Positions 1 to 9,542 of a stretch of 64,000 nt of DNA are shown piece by piece. This DNA is from a virus (Duplodnaviria; Caudoviricetes), in the IMG/VR virus record IMGVR_UViG_3300030330_001955, positions 1 through 64,000 of that record, one strand, 5' to 3'. How positions within the stretch are numbered: position 1 is the first letter of the stretch; each line of letters begins with the position of its first letter. A model generated the notes under the pieces. That model made no database searches and had not been told where the DNA came from. It saw nothing but the letters and a program-made list of their open reading frames with translations. Made by a program: the position numbers and the translations under genes.

Positions 1-344
1 TAGAATCTAAACTCTCTTACTATCTCTACAAAGTTAGGATTCAGTAAGTTTTCACCAAATCCACTAAAAGATATTTTTCCATTGTACTGGGCTTCTCCTA
101 AATGTTCTGCTATTGTATTAGCACCCTTTACTGTCATGTGTAGGTTTCTATTAGGAAAAACCTCTGGGTTATGTCTAGGGCAGAATACACAACTTCTATT
201 ACATAATTCAGTAGTGTTTACTTCTACTGTCAATATGGAATCTAGTATTCCGCTTACATTACCTTTTCTTCGCCAATGTAGTTCTTCTTGTTTTCTTCTA
301 TGAGCAAGAAATGAATCCTTGTCTGTTGTTATGGTTTCGCTCAT
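1..344 (-). CDS. Radical SAM protein (runs off the left edge of the window)
   Basis: Manual translation MSETITTDKD...VEVNTTELCNRSCVFCPRH...ISFSGFGENLLNP; CxxxCxxC motif and GE-x-L-L motif. Not in the ORF track. Confidence 0.85.
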   Translation of the reverse strand, partial: MSETITTDKDSFLAHRRKQEELHWRRKGNVSGILDSILTVEVNTTELCNRSCVFCPRHNPEVFPNRNLHMTVKGANTIAEHLGEAQYNGKISFSGFGENLLNPNFVEIVREFRF

Positions 345-366
345 GATAATACATTTATTGCTTTCG

Positions 367-783
367 CTACCATTGATTATGTCGGGGGTCTGTTTGTTGT
401 TTGATAATCTTAAACTCATCGAGTATCTTACTATCAATCTTGAAACACTCTGTATGCCCCCCAAACTTGTGAGAAGGTTTGAACTTATCACATTCAAACT
501 TTCTGTGTAGCATTTGTTCTATACAAAATACTTCGTATAACGAACCGTGATATGTTCTTTGTATACGAAGGTCGTATCCTTGAAACCCTCTTGCTCTTTT
601 AATTACATGACGCCAGTCTTTACCACTAGCGATTCCTACTTTGATACACTCTCTTTCATAAGTCTTTTTGTTTACTAAGATTACTCCATAAAGCACTCCG
701 TCCCTTTCTCTTTCTTCAGGTCGTCTTGCAAAGTAAGTTTCATTGTATACTCCTACGGACATATTAAGCTCCGAGAGTAACAC
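367..783 (-). CDS. GIY-YIG-like (T5orf172/MUG113-type) protein
   Basis: LY...IKVGIA...R...EQMLH...GHTECF pattern. Confidence 0.55.
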   Translation of the reverse strand: MLLSELNMSVGVYNETYFARRPEERERDGVLYGVILVNKKTYERECIKVGIASGKDWRHVIKRARGFQGYDLRIQRTYHGSLYEVFCIEQMLHRKFECDKFKPSHKFGGHTECFKIDSKILDEFKIIKQQTDPRHNQW

Positions 784-1114
784 GCAAAATACCCATACCT
801 AAAATAAAGCAAGCCGCAGTATTTAGCATAATCAATGCTCTATCTTTCCACATAACAGATACTACAACCCAACCCGCGCAACCTGCGAAGGATAGGCATA
901 AATCTACAAAGGGCATGACCTGTGCACCACGAAGTACCATAGCTGTTAGCAATGTTAACGAAGACGCCCACTTGATATACCAGCTGACATCTTGTTTGGG
1001 TGTTGCACTTTTGTACCAACGATTTGAACCCTCTAACTCTTTCTTAGTGGGTATTTCTTTCTGCTTCGCTGAGTCTGTCATATTCCTCCAATAAAATTTC
1101 AAATGTTTCTTCAT
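764..1114 (-). CDS. Small membrane protein (true start probably ~1081)
   Basis: Three hydrophobic segments; WYIKW and WKDRALIMLN motifs. Confidence 0.6.
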   Translation of the reverse strand: MKKHLKFYWRNMTDSAKQKEIPTKKELEGSNRWYKSATPKQDVSWYIKWASSLTLLTAMVLRGAQVMPFVDLCLSFAGCAGWVVVSVMWKDRALIMLNTAACFILGMGILRVTLGA

Positions 1115-1229
1115 CTTGTTCTAAATCACTTCTAAAGGTTTCAATATCCATAGCTTCATGACCAGCAGGCACTTTAGCTACATAGACTCGGTAGGCTTTA
1201 TGTAGTTGTTCTTCTGTATATAATAACAT
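1044..1229 (-). CDS. Hypothetical protein
   Basis: Start codon overlaps the ligase stop; MLLYTEEQL..AY. Confidence 0.6.
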   Translation of the reverse strand: MLLYTEEQLHKAYRVYVAKVPAGHEAMDIETFRSDLEQDEETFEILLEEYDRLSEAERNTH

Positions 1230-2176
1230 TAGACTCTCCTCACTACTTTAGGGATAATCTCTCCACTACGGATAACTTCTACACTACAACCTATTTCTAA
1301 TCCTAACTCTTGGATAAATCCAAAATTATGTAAAGTTGCACGGCTAACCGTAGCACCACCAATGTTAATTGGTTCAAGTATTCCTACAGGAGCAACAATA
1401 CCAGACTTGCCAGTATTCCACTCCACATCAAGTAATTTAGTAACTACTCCCGCCTCTCTTGTTTTAAAGGCGTAAGCTCCTCTTGGGTGATGTGCTGTAA
1501 ATCCAAGTTCATCAAAATATTTATACTTATCGATTCTGAACACCGTTCCATCATGAGGGAACTCACTATAATCACTTCTAGTAATTACATTGAACCAATT
1601 ATCCAAGAAGGTCATGTCTTCTATCCAAAACCTTCCAAGATAGGGTTGAAGTCCGTAAGCAACAAACGTTAACTCACGACTTTTAAATTCTTCTACGCTT
1701 TTTAGATTGAGTGCTCCCGCTGCGTAATTCCTAGCGTTTTCTATTGTCTTTGGAGCAACAACCTCACCAGTTATTTGTCTTAGTCCATCAAATACTAAAT
1801 TGCCTATACTTTGAGGCACAATAGTTTTCATCTTATCTGTGATATCCAACCCCTCTTTGCCATCTCCTCTTGTCAATGCTTGAACTAAGATACCATCATA
1901 GTATTGTAAAGACACAGCTGCACCGTCCAGTTTTGGAGTGCATACTACTGATTCTTTTGGATTCCATGGTGGTGCTTCATCTTCTCCTGCAAAGACTTTT
2001 TGGAGAGACCTCATAGGGTATGGGTGGGGGAAGCGTTCTCCGTCTACTTTTGCACCGATTTTGTACTTTTGCGTACTACCTTCTACAATTCTATCGTAAA
2101 CATCATCTGCAATAAGTGGTTGACCTCTTTCGTAAGCCATGCGACACTTTGTGATATACGCTTCTATATTTTTCAT
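1229..2176 (-). CDS. ligA: NAD-dependent DNA ligase, subunit A of a T5-type split ligase
   Basis: KLDG adenylation motif, ALTRGDG, ARNYAAG, DGTVF, RATLHN; ends at RSGEIIPKV with no Zn-finger/HhH/BRCT part. Confidence 0.92.
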   Translation of the reverse strand: MKNIEAYITKCRMAYERGQPLIADDVYDRIVEGSTQKYKIGAKVDGERFPHPYPMRSLQKVFAGEDEAPPWNPKESVVCTPKLDGAAVSLQYYDGILVQALTRGDGKEGLDITDKMKTIVPQSIGNLVFDGLRQITGEVVAPKTIENARNYAAGALNLKSVEEFKSRELTFVAYGLQPYLGRFWIEDMTFLDNWFNVITRSDYSEFPHDGTVFRIDKYKYFDELGFTAHHPRGAYAFKTREAGVVTKLLDVEWNTGKSGIVAPVGILEPINIGGATVSRATLHNFGFIQELGLEIGCSVEVIRSGEIIPKVVRRV

Positions 2177-2183
2177 ATTATAT

Positions 2184-2224
2184 ATTTTACTACGTTTTTA
2201 AGTATTTGTCAAGAACTATTTTTT
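2184..2224 (-). promoter_or_regulatory. Sigma70 promoter with AAAATAGTTC upstream element
   Basis: TTGACA (2212-2207)-17-TAAAAT (2189-2184); ligase ATG 7 nt downstream. Confidence 0.85.
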
Positions 2225-2792
2225 ATCTACTTATCCTGTTTTCGTAGTCTGCATTTGTTTCGTCCCACCAATAAGGTTTATCTCGATATTTCCAGTCTGC
2301 GAAGACGGCTTTGTCTTTGTGATAGAACTCTCGGTAGGCTTCGATTGCACACTCTCGTTTGCAATCATCAGGCATTGCTTGTGCAAATGGGGTAAGCCCA
2401 ATGTCGGGGAGGTCAATGTCGGGTAAGCCCAAGACCATCTCAACGGATTTATGCACCTTTCCATATCGGTAGGTGTATTCATCTCCCAATGCAAGGGCAT
2501 AACAGTAGAGCCAGTCGTAGTTTGACTTGGAACTCCTAGCCCAGATGGTACAAGGGTGATTATACATAGTAGGGAGATATGGAAAATCCCTCGGTTCATT
2601 CTTTTTCTGAATGGAGACTTTTGCCCATTCATCTGATGTAAGTTTTCTGTCTGGTATGTATCCTGCATATTTCTGTGTCCAATGTACTGTGCATAGCATC
2701 TGTCCCGCTTCCAGCGGCATCTTGACGATATGCTTATCGACATGATACTCCGCGCACTTATCTAAATCTTCGTCAAGTATAAAAATATTCAT
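2223..2792 (-). CDS. Pyrimidine-dimer DNA glycosylase (DenV-like family)
   Basis: MNIFILD...DKHIVKMPLE..QML.T, NHPCTIWAR, FAQAMPD, AYREFY motifs. Confidence 0.85.
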   Translation of the reverse strand: MNIFILDEDLDKCAEYHVDKHIVKMPLEAGQMLCTVHWTQKYAGYIPDRKLTSDEWAKVSIQKKNEPRDFPYLPTMYNHPCTIWARSSKSNYDWLYCYALALGDEYTYRYGKVHKSVEMVLGLPDIDLPDIGLTPFAQAMPDDCKRECAIEAYREFYHKDKAVFADWKYRDKPYWWDETNADYENRISR

Positions 2793-2798
2793 GTGTAT

Positions 2799-2838
2799 AT
2801 TATACTAAGATTTTGAGATTTTGTCAAGAACTATTTTT
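2799..2838 (-). promoter_or_regulatory. Sigma70 promoter with AAAATAGTTC element
   Basis: TTGACA (2827-2822)-17-TATAAT (2804-2799); ATG 6 nt downstream. Confidence 0.85.
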
Positions 2839-3582
2839 TAGATACTTACTAAATAAGAAGTGTCCTTCTCTGTCTGTATGCCAAAAGCCAAGTCTGCTAC
2901 CAAAATCAGAGAGATTCTTTTCGGGAGACTTTACTAATACCTTTCTGTATACATCTTTAAAAAATTGTGTGTAAGGAGATTCAGGATTTAAATTTATTAC
3001 ACGAATGTCTTCACTAGGTTTTTTATCAAATATATCGAAGTTTTGTATAAAACTATACGAAATTCTTTTCTGGTCTAGGAAGTCCATGACTGCACTTATC
3101 TCCATCGCCCATACGGTAGCATAGTGATTATCCGAGTAATCTCCTGCATTACCATCTAAATCTTCATTGGCAAAATCATACCTGCCATCATTTGTTAACT
3201 TAAATATTCGTGTGGGTCTGAGCACAGGTAAATACACATGGTCATAGGACTTTAGTCGTCCTTGAAGATAATCCATCTTTATTGTTAGGTGTAAAAAATC
3301 ATTACTCAAAGCGGGCCAGGTTACTATTCTGGCATTGGGTTGAAATAAACTTGCCCAAGACTCGGGCAGTTGTCGTTGAGCAAAGTCAAAGACAGGCATC
3401 TTTGTGGCTCTACTCATTTTTTGATTCCAGTAAACTAAGGCTTGATGTAAACCAAACTGAAGTATTAAATCTTTCTTTTCTTTAAAACAGTCCCTGCCCA
3501 ATATGGAATCATGGTCAGATTCATACCCTGCAGTATGACTATCGCCATAAATATGAACAGGTCTATCATTGATATATCTCAT
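2824..3582 (-). CDS. SGNH/GDSL-like protein
   Basis: N-terminal IYGDSHTAG and C-terminal WHTDREGH. Confidence 0.5.
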   Translation of the reverse strand: MRYINDRPVHIYGDSHTAGYESDHDSILGRDCFKEKKDLILQFGLHQALVYWNQKMSRATKMPVFDFAQRQLPESWASLFQPNARIVTWPALSNDFLHLTIKMDYLQGRLKSYDHVYLPVLRPTRIFKLTNDGRYDFANEDLDGNAGDYSDNHYATVWAMEISAVMDFLDQKRISYSFIQNFDIFDKKPSEDIRVINLNPESPYTQFFKDVYRKVLVKSPEKNLSDFGSRLGFWHTDREGHFLFSKYLKNSS

Positions 3583-3868
3583 CGAGAGTATCCTTAAAGT
3601 GAGTTTCTAAAACATCTTTTGCTTCTGCTAAAGATATGATTTCAACTAGCCCTTCAAACAAACTCTTACTATTATTAAAATCAATAGCCATAGTTATACC
3701 CTCCTTACTAGGTTTCCATTCTTCATCAAAGTCTTGGTAGTATTTTCGGAGTGAAAGGTATTCTATACCTCTAAAAGTGTTTACTGTAAGAAATATCTTT
3801 TCATGTCTATCTTCATTATAGTGTATTTCTTTTTCGTAAATAGGTGGGGCTTCATGTAATTCTATCAT
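3566..3868 (-). CDS. PC4-like ssDNA-binding protein (T5 replication cluster)
   Basis: LTVNTFRGIEYLSLRKYYQDFDEEWKPSKEGIT is a PC4 signature. Confidence 0.85.
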   Translation of the reverse strand: MIELHEAPPIYEKEIHYNEDRHEKIFLTVNTFRGIEYLSLRKYYQDFDEEWKPSKEGITMAIDFNNSKSLFEGLVEIISLAEAKDVLETHFKDTLDEIYQ

Positions 3869-4124
3869 TTTTTAATATCTTGTTGAGAGGAACGATAGAT
3901 GTGACATTTTCAGGCTGCAGGAGTCTATAGGAATCTGTATCCCAGCAGAACAATAGAACTTGTCTTTGTGTAGGTTTTGCGCGATTCCTTTTGCTTTGTA
4001 TGTATTTATTATCAAAGTCAAGAGTACAGACGTTATACTTTAGTCTACGACTGTTCTGACTACGATAAGTTATCACAGCGTCACCTGCTTCGGTAACCTG
4101 TCTAATAAACTCGTCTTTTTTCAT
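3852..4124 (-). CDS. Conserved T5-like hypothetical protein
   Basis: Syntenic between D3 and the PC4-like gene as in T5; LLFCWDTDSYRL...V.SI..L. Confidence 0.65.
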   Translation of the reverse strand: MKKDEFIRQVTEAGDAVITYRSQNSRRLKYNVCTLDFDNKYIQSKRNRAKPTQRQVLLFCWDTDSYRLLQPENVTSIVPLNKILKNDRIT

Positions 4125-4255
4125 TCATTCCTTGTCGGGTTAGTTAATTTTAAGTTACCCAATAATGGTGTTGTCTTTGACGAGGTGATTTCTTTAGATG
4201 CAAAAATACGCAAGGGGACATAGCGTCGCCCTCGCGTTATTTGTTCTAGCGATTT

Positions 4256-4735
4256 CTAGCTGTTAGCTTTGTTTAGAAGTTCTGCAAAATAGTTAGCAGC
4301 TTTACCTGTTAGTTTAGAAATGATTGCTTCATCAGGTTCTAATCCCATATCTACAATCGCATCTTTAACAGACTGCTGAGCGTCAGCAACAGATACTCTG
4401 CCACCTCCACTACTACCATTACTAGAAGTGCTTCTAGCTGCAGGAGTCTTCTTAACATATACACCAGCCCTTGTCAAAATCATTCTAACACCATTTGGGC
4501 TCTCGCCTAATTCGGCAGCAATCTCTTTGACAACTTCCATACTATTTTCTGGAGTCGGTTCTTCTGCTGTATACATTTCAATCGCTTGCTGTTTTGCTTC
4601 ATCAGTCCAAGCCACTTTTCTTCTCCTATTTATTTTTCCAAATTTTTGTTCATATTCTTCTAATGTGGTTGTGTGCTTAAATCCAGGACACCAACCTGTT
4701 GCTTCTAGCATTTGTGTATAAAATCTATCGCTCAT
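4256..4735 (-). CDS. T5 D3-like DNA-binding protein (two in-frame starts: ATG 4735 and GTG 4615 with AGGAG)
   Basis: WT...SMEVVKEIA...SPNGVRMILTRAGVYVKK...IISKLTGKAA resembles T5 D3. Promoter TTGACA(4785)-17-TATAAT(4757) overlaps the track start at 4765. Confidence 0.8.
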   Translation of the reverse strand: MSDRFYTQMLEATGWCPGFKHTTTLEEYEQKFGKINRRRKVAWTDEAKQQAIEMYTAEEPTPENSMEVVKEIAAELGESPNGVRMILTRAGVYVKKTPAARSTSSNGSSGGGRVSVADAQQSVKDAIVDMGLEPDEAIISKLTGKAANYFAELLNKANS

Positions 4736-4795
4736 TAAAATCCTATTTATTGTTATATTATACATAAGAATAAGGGCGATGTCAACTACTATTTT

Positions 4796-5179
4796 TTAGA
4801 AGGTAAAACCAAAGGTCTCTAAATCAGGCTGAACTATGTCAGCAACTACATCTATCATCTCTTGTGTATACCATCTTTTGTATTCCGTTGATATCTCTAA
4901 CTTATTAAAATCTATGTTATTTTCCTCAGGTTTTAACTTATAAGTATCTATTGCATTTTTCCAATTATCTAAGTGCGTAACTATGTCTGCATCAGCATAA
5001 AGCTCTGCTTGTGGGATAATTGTTTCATGTTCTAAAAATTCAGATAAAGACCTGTATCCCCACGAACTTTTATAGAGTGCTATAATTCGTTCATAGGGGT
5101 TGCGTAGAAATGCAACTGTTCCTTTTACTTTTCGCTTTCCTTTACGAACTGTGTAAGGAATCAATAAACTTTGTTTCAC
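4796..5179 (-). CDS. Sulfotransferase-family-like protein (short)
   Basis: FLRNPYERI..Y and C-terminal Y.....D...FG.F motifs. Confidence 0.5.
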   Translation of the reverse strand: MKQSLLIPYTVRKGKRKVKGTVAFLRNPYERIIALYKSSWGYRSLSEFLEHETIIPQAELYADADIVTHLDNWKNAIDTYKLKPEENNIDFNKLEISTEYKRWYTQEMIDVVADIVQPDLETFGFTF

Positions 5180-5327
5180 GTGCTAACTCCGATGCCAACA
5201 TTTTAGCATCATCAACTAGCTGTGGCAAAGTTTGTGTATTTCTAGTGTCTATATTATGTAGCTTATCTAACAGGGCTGTTAGTTTTACACTACATTGTTG
5301 GGGCGTATGATGTACTGCCTCGGTCAT
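5142..5327 (-). CDS. Hypothetical protein
   Basis: Overlapping operon arrangement. Confidence 0.5.
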   Translation of the reverse strand: MTEAVHHTPQQCSVKLTALLDKLHNIDTRNTQTLPQLVDDAKMLASELARETKFIDSLHSS

Positions 5328-5518
5328 AGTTCATTTACCTCTAATAACTTATCTCGAGCCTCTGCAATTATTTGCAGTTGAGTATCGATTGTTGTAAGCA
5401 CTTCTGGGTGGTCTCCTGTGCCTACAGGGTTTTCTAAAAATATCTGTATGTTTGCTTGCGCCTCAGCTATTATACCTTTGTATTTTAGTCTGAGTGCGTT
5501 AATTATCATTTCTTTCAT
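5324..5518 (-). CDS. Conserved phage hypothetical protein
   Basis: ANIQIFLENPVGTGDHP motif common in marine phages. Confidence 0.7.
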   Translation of the reverse strand: MKEMIINALRLKYKGIIAEAQANIQIFLENPVGTGDHPEVLTTIDTQLQIIAEARDKLLEVNEL

Positions 5519-5781
5519 TCTTTTTCTACCAAATTCATAACATATGTTCTTACGAATAAATCTCTATGGTCGTCCCAAAGAACTGTTGTTATGAGTAACG
5601 GAGCAGTAATTAAAGTTCCTACTCCAAATATTAACCATGTAATTGGCCACCACTTTACTGAATTATGTCCTTCAGTATAACGATTGAGTGTCAAAATCGA
5701 GGGCATGAATATTCTAAACTGTATTATTAACCAAGTTGATAACCACGCTGCTCCAATTATATTAAGTAATGTTAACTCCAT
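5515..5781 (-). CDS. Membrane protein
   Basis: Two hydrophobic helices, in operon. Confidence 0.55.
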   Translation of the reverse strand: MELTLLNIIGAAWLSTWLIIQFRIFMPSILTLNRYTEGHNSVKWWPITWLIFGVGTLITAPLLITTVLWDDHRDLFVRTYVMNLVEKE

Positions 5782-6499
5782 ATTGCTCCAAATGCTTTAA
5801 GCTTGCTAAATCGTAAGCCAAAGAAAAGGAGTGATAACCTACTCTATTCCCATCTAACCATGGAAAATAAGAGTTACTCAGGTCTACTGGAGTAAGAACG
5901 TATATTGCATATCCTTTACTTCCATACTTTTCCTCATAATTAACAGGAGGTTTTATGTAGCCTGGCATTGAGTTCATATACTCAACTGTTTGTTCTCGTT
6001 TGATTTCAGCAATAGCATTGTCTTTTACAGACCATACTTTTTCACCTTCTTCAAACTCTTCTCTAACACATTCATCTGGAATCATCTCGTATCTGTGTCT
6101 ATAACATTTGGAGTGCTCTTCCTTTGATAACTTCCTAGGAACACCTACTCTTTCGATGATTGCTTTAACAAATGAGTTAGAACGATAGAGTCCTTTTGCT
6201 ATCTCAGAAATATTATCTCCTTCAAGATAGCACTCTATAACAGTTTTTATCTCATCACGGGTTGCCCCTTTACCACGATTCTGTGACTTTCGCCTTTCAC
6301 GGTATTCCGCCATATCAGAATAGTCATCTATGATTTTCTGAAGACGGGTCGTGTTATACCTTATATTCAGAATCTCACAGGCTTCTTTCTTGGTTATCGG
6401 AGAGTCGCCACCTAGTAAACCAACTACTTTTGCTATGTTATCATTTGATAACTTTTCATGTTTTGCTGCTCTTACTGTTCCCACTCTCTTTCTTCCCAA
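5762..6499 (-). CDS. T5 D2-like protein
   Basis: TKKEACEIL, YLEGDNISEIA..LYRS, EEFEEGEKVW, LASLKHLEQYGV match T5 D2 as recalled. Confidence 0.8.
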   Translation of the reverse strand: MGRKRVGTVRAAKHEKLSNDNIAKVVGLLGGDSPITKKEACEILNIRYNTTRLQKIIDDYSDMAEYRERRKSQNRGKGATRDEIKTVIECYLEGDNISEIAKGLYRSNSFVKAIIERVGVPRKLSKEEHSKCYRHRYEMIPDECVREEFEEGEKVWSVKDNAIAEIKREQTVEYMNSMPGYIKPPVNYEEKYGSKGYAIYVLTPVDLSNSYFPWLDGNRVGYHSFSLAYDLASLKHLEQYGVNIT

Positions 6500-6771
6500 T
6501 CATCTACACATCTACTATATAATATTATTGCGTAATGCATAATTTTGAGAAGGTCGCCAAGGTTATCTCCTTTCTTACCATATCTCATTGCATACTTTAT
6601 AATATTCCCTGCACAAAACCCTTCACCATGTCCCGAATCCCAAATGATTTCAGTAGCTTGAAAACTACCTTGGGCATAGTGTTGGTTGTATGTAGCATCA
6701 ATATACTCTTTTAATCTTTTGAGTATTTCATCTTCGGAGTATTTGTAATCGATTTGGTTATAACCTTCCAT
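6472..6771 (-). CDS. DUF3310/nucleotide-kinase-like protein
   Basis: QHY...GHGEGFCAGNIIKYAMRYGKK...DLLKIMHYA. Confidence 0.75.
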   Translation of the reverse strand: MEGYNQIDYKYSEDEILKRLKEYIDATYNQHYAQGSFQATEIIWDSGHGEGFCAGNIIKYAMRYGKKGDNLGDLLKIMHYAIILYSRCVDDWEEREWEQ

Positions 6772-6980
6772 TACTTTAACTCGTCTAATACATCAATGCC
6801 ACCTTCAATCTTAGCTAGGTATTCTTTCTTTAGTGCAAGTCTACCCTCTAAGACCATAATCTCTTCTTCAACTACTTTTCGTTGAACTTCTAAATTGTTT
6901 TTAAGAACGGCTCTATGTTCGACCATATCATCTTTTAAGACTCCCATCAGTCCTTCCATAGTTTGTTCATTCTTCGCCAT
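6771..6980 (-). CDS. Coiled-coil hypothetical protein
   Basis: Operon position, heptad pattern. Confidence 0.6.
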   Translation of the reverse strand: MAKNEQTMEGLMGVLKDDMVEHRAVLKNNLEVQRKVVEEEIMVLEGRLALKKEYLAKIEGGIDVLDELK

Positions 6981-7206
6981 GTCTTGCTCCGTGTGTTCTA
7001 TAACTTCGAAGTAGACTTTGACTTCCGTTCTTCTTAATCATTCTTAAGTTCCTGCGCAGGTGTAAATCAACCTTGGCTTTTTGAAACCATGCTTGTCTTT
7101 CTTCATCTGTCCAAGAACTAGGAAATACTGCACGCATACCATCTAATTCGTATGCACGCTTTCCATCATCTTCGATATTGTTTTCTAAAAATTCTCGTTT
7201 ATCCAT
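6967..7206 (-). CDS. Hypothetical protein
   Basis: First ORF after the structured leader at 7221-7378. Confidence 0.55.
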   Translation of the reverse strand: MDKREFLENNIEDDGKRAYELDGMRAVFPSSWTDEERQAWFQKAKVDLHLRRNLRMIKKNGSQSLLRSYRTHGARHGEE

Positions 7207-7220
7207 AATTGTAAAAGAAG

Positions 7221-7378
7221 GGTTGACTAGATAAATTCTCTGTCTGGACAGCTACATAGACCTAAAAGTTTCGCCTTTCATTACTTTTTGCTGTGTTATT
7301 AACTTATTTAGCGTTCACACGCCCTGTCAATGTGTAGGCTCGTTTTCTAGAAGGTTTCTGTTCACTACCTAGTCAACC
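7221..7378 (-). ncRNA. Candidate ~160-nt structured RNA or leader
   Basis: 13-bp terminal stem GGTTGACTAGGTA/TATCTAGTCAACC, internal GCGT-GTGA-ACGC and AAAAGT/ACTTTT hairpins; own promoter TTGACA(7459)-17-TATAAT(7431). Confidence 0.6.
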
Positions 7379-7486
7379 ACAAAACTGAAACTCCATTTAT
7401 TTGAGTTAGAGTTTATTTTATATATGATATATTATACTAAAATTTTCAAGTTCTGTCAAGAACTATTTTTCAGTTCCTATAATCAA

Positions 7487-7855
7487 TTACTTACTGTTAA
7501 TCTTATCTTTCGCTGTTCCAGCATATAAGCCAAACCATGCAGCACCTGCACCAACTATAATAGAGATTAGTCCTGATTGCTCGAGTGATGGGTCTGGTAA
7601 ATCCATAAACCACATTGTTGCATAGTATAGTAAGAATATATACACACTAAGAAAAGCTCTTGGAAAGATTCTCCAAGCATCTATCATTGCTGATAAATGA
7701 ATCCATCTTTGCCATGGATTTACTTTATCTTCATTCTCTAACATAAATATCTTTTGCTTTAGTTCATTATTTTCTTGAATCATCTCCATAAACTTATTAA
7801 GGTCTATTTCAACTTCATTCCGTGACATATCGCCACTAAATCGCTCGTCAGCCAT
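7487..7855 (-). CDS. Coiled-coil plus two-TM membrane protein (possible holin-like)
   Basis: IDAWRIFPR...WFM.L..P..EQSGLISIIVGAGAAWFGLY. Confidence 0.6.
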   Translation of the reverse strand: MADERFSGDMSRNEVEIDLNKFMEMIQENNELKQKIFMLENEDKVNPWQRWIHLSAMIDAWRIFPRAFLSVYIFLLYYATMWFMDLPDPSLEQSGLISIIVGAGAAWFGLYAGTAKDKINSK

Positions 7856-8564
7856 TTATGTCTCCAATCCAATCATACCAAGACTTCCTACTTCCTCCTT
7901 TCCAACTGATTGGGTCGGTGAAGTGGTAGGAAATTGATATTCTCGGGCCTAGGGTATCTACCCTGTGGTATAGTTTCTTCGGAAGGTATAATAAATCTCC
8001 TTCGTTCAAATCTAATACCTTATTTACTGTTGCATCTTCAGGCGGACAATCCCATTCGTATTCATTCATGATATACCAACGAACTGTTCCCCTGACATGG
8101 AACAGAAAATTTTCAGTAGAATCGCAGTGCGTTTTAAAACAATGTGCGTCTTTTTTAGAAGAGCAATACAAATTTGCACAACCTCTACCATAATATTTTT
8201 CAAACTTTACGCATTGATTCCACATAGTTTTATTTAGAAACTCACATAAAGTTAGCACAAATGTATCTCCTCTTTTCCAATGGCTATACATTTCATCTTT
8301 CTTCATTTTTACTTTAGCTTTCTTATGACAGTATTTATCGCCCTTTTCATTTATAATCTGGCATTGTGGTAATCTGTCATAACCATTTAAGTCACTAGAG
8401 TTTAAATACTCATCTAACTCTTCCCAACTAAAATGATTGAATCTATCTGTATTATCTTTTGCTACAAACCACTTTTTATTACGAAACTCTTTCTCGAAGC
8501 GTTCTAGTCCCATTGGTAATAAATCTTCTAACTCTACACTCTTATCCAAAATCAAACACCCCAA
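7848..8564 (-). CDS. JmjC/cupin 2OG-Fe(II) oxygenase
   Basis: ANLY, H-x-D (THCD), L.EGDLLYLPK..YH.V, RISIS. Confidence 0.8.
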   Translation of the reverse strand: MGCLILDKSVELEDLLPMGLERFEKEFRNKKWFVAKDNTDRFNHFSWEELDEYLNSSDLNGYDRLPQCQIINEKGDKYCHKKAKVKMKKDEMYSHWKRGDTFVLTLCEFLNKTMWNQCVKFEKYYGRGCANLYCSSKKDAHCFKTHCDSTENFLFHVRGTVRWYIMNEYEWDCPPEDATVNKVLDLNEGDLLYLPKKLYHRVDTLGPRISISYHFTDPISWKGGSRKSWYDWIGDING

Positions 8565-8979
8565 ATCTTACGCCCCAAACTGTGAAGCAATATCTTGTTC
8601 CTTTAGTAACTGGTGTAACCCAATGTAAAAAATGTGGGTGAAATAGAAAACAATCACCTGCTTCTAAAGTAATCTTCTCGTCATTAACAAAGAGCTTTCC
8701 TCCCTTAAAATCATTATTCAATAGTATACTAGCCGAGTGTGTTCTTAAGTTATGCTTGAGACTATCTCTATGTGGAGCAAAGCTTTCACCAACTTCATAC
8801 TTCTGAATCGCAAATGTTGGTTTACTTGGCTGGACTAGATTTGTTACCTTTGCTAATATACTGTCAGAGATTTGGAAGTCTGTGCACTCATGGCGTTCTT
8901 CCACAACTGGAACTGTTCCCATATTTTCTATGAGAAGTCCACATTCTGATTTGCTAAGAAAATTCTTTTTGAGTATCAT
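8542..8979 (-). CDS. Prolyl-4-hydroxylase-like 2OG-Fe(II) oxygenase
   Basis: KY..G..F.PHRD, LNNDFKGG.L, HWVTPVTKGTRY; start trimmed to MILKK, which overlaps the upstream stop. Confidence 0.8.
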   Translation of the reverse strand: MILKKNFLSKSECGLLIENMGTVPVVEERHECTDFQISDSILAKVTNLVQPSKPTFAIQKYEVGESFAPHRDSLKHNLRTHSASILLNNDFKGGKLFVNDEKITLEAGDCFLFHPHFLHWVTPVTKGTRYCFTVWGVRFGVFDFG

Positions 8980-9542
8980 GTATGTTTCGCATGCATTGCA
9001 TGTAGCTCTTTTGTAGGAATATCTCCTAGCTCCCTCAATATAAACCAACTTACAACTGAGTGTCTTACTCCTTTTGTTACTGGCTTAACTCTATGCATTA
9101 GGTTAGGAGCAAATAAACATGCGTCTCCCTTTTCCATTTTCATTACACCAAAGTCTTTAAACTCAAACTCACCACCCTCATACTCAGAGGGGTCGTTTAG
9201 TTGCATTGTTAAAGATAGTTTTCTATAACCAAAACCAGACCCGTCTTTGTGCCAGTTATAATACTCTCCTTCATTATAAGTTGTTATCTGTATAATTTCA
9301 GGAGTATAGATTGGTTCCTCTATAATATCATAAATCCACTTTTCTAAAAGTTCTATACCTCTGTGTTGAGGTTCTCTTCTCATTATATATCTTACTGAAG
9401 AATCTCTTTCTTTAAACTCTCTTTTATCATCACCATGAGCAAAACCTTTCATTGCCATATGTGTTTCAAATGTGCTCATGACTATATCTTTAAATTCGCC
9501 GTGTAATGCGTTTTTAATTATTTCTGGCTCTTGGTAAAACAC
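8976..9542 (-). CDS. PKHD-type 2OG-Fe(II) oxygenase
   Basis: YNWHKD, RKLSLTMQLNDPSEYEGGE, HRVKPVTKGVRHSVVSW. Confidence 0.88.
   Translation of the reverse strand: MFYQEPEIIKNALHGEFKDIVMSTFETHMAMKGFAHGDDKREFKERDSSVRYIMRREPQHRGIELLEKWIYDIIEEPIYTPEIIQITTYNEGEYYNWHKDGSGFGYRKLSLTMQLNDPSEYEGGEFEFKDFGVMKMEKGDACLFAPNLMHRVKPVTKGVRHSVVSWFILRELGDIPTKELHAMHAKHT

Noticed and set aside
7221-7378. tmRNA or 6S identity for the structured RNA
   Set aside because: No tRNA-like acceptor or T-arm and no tag ORF; the fold is branched rather than a 6S rod. Left unassigned.
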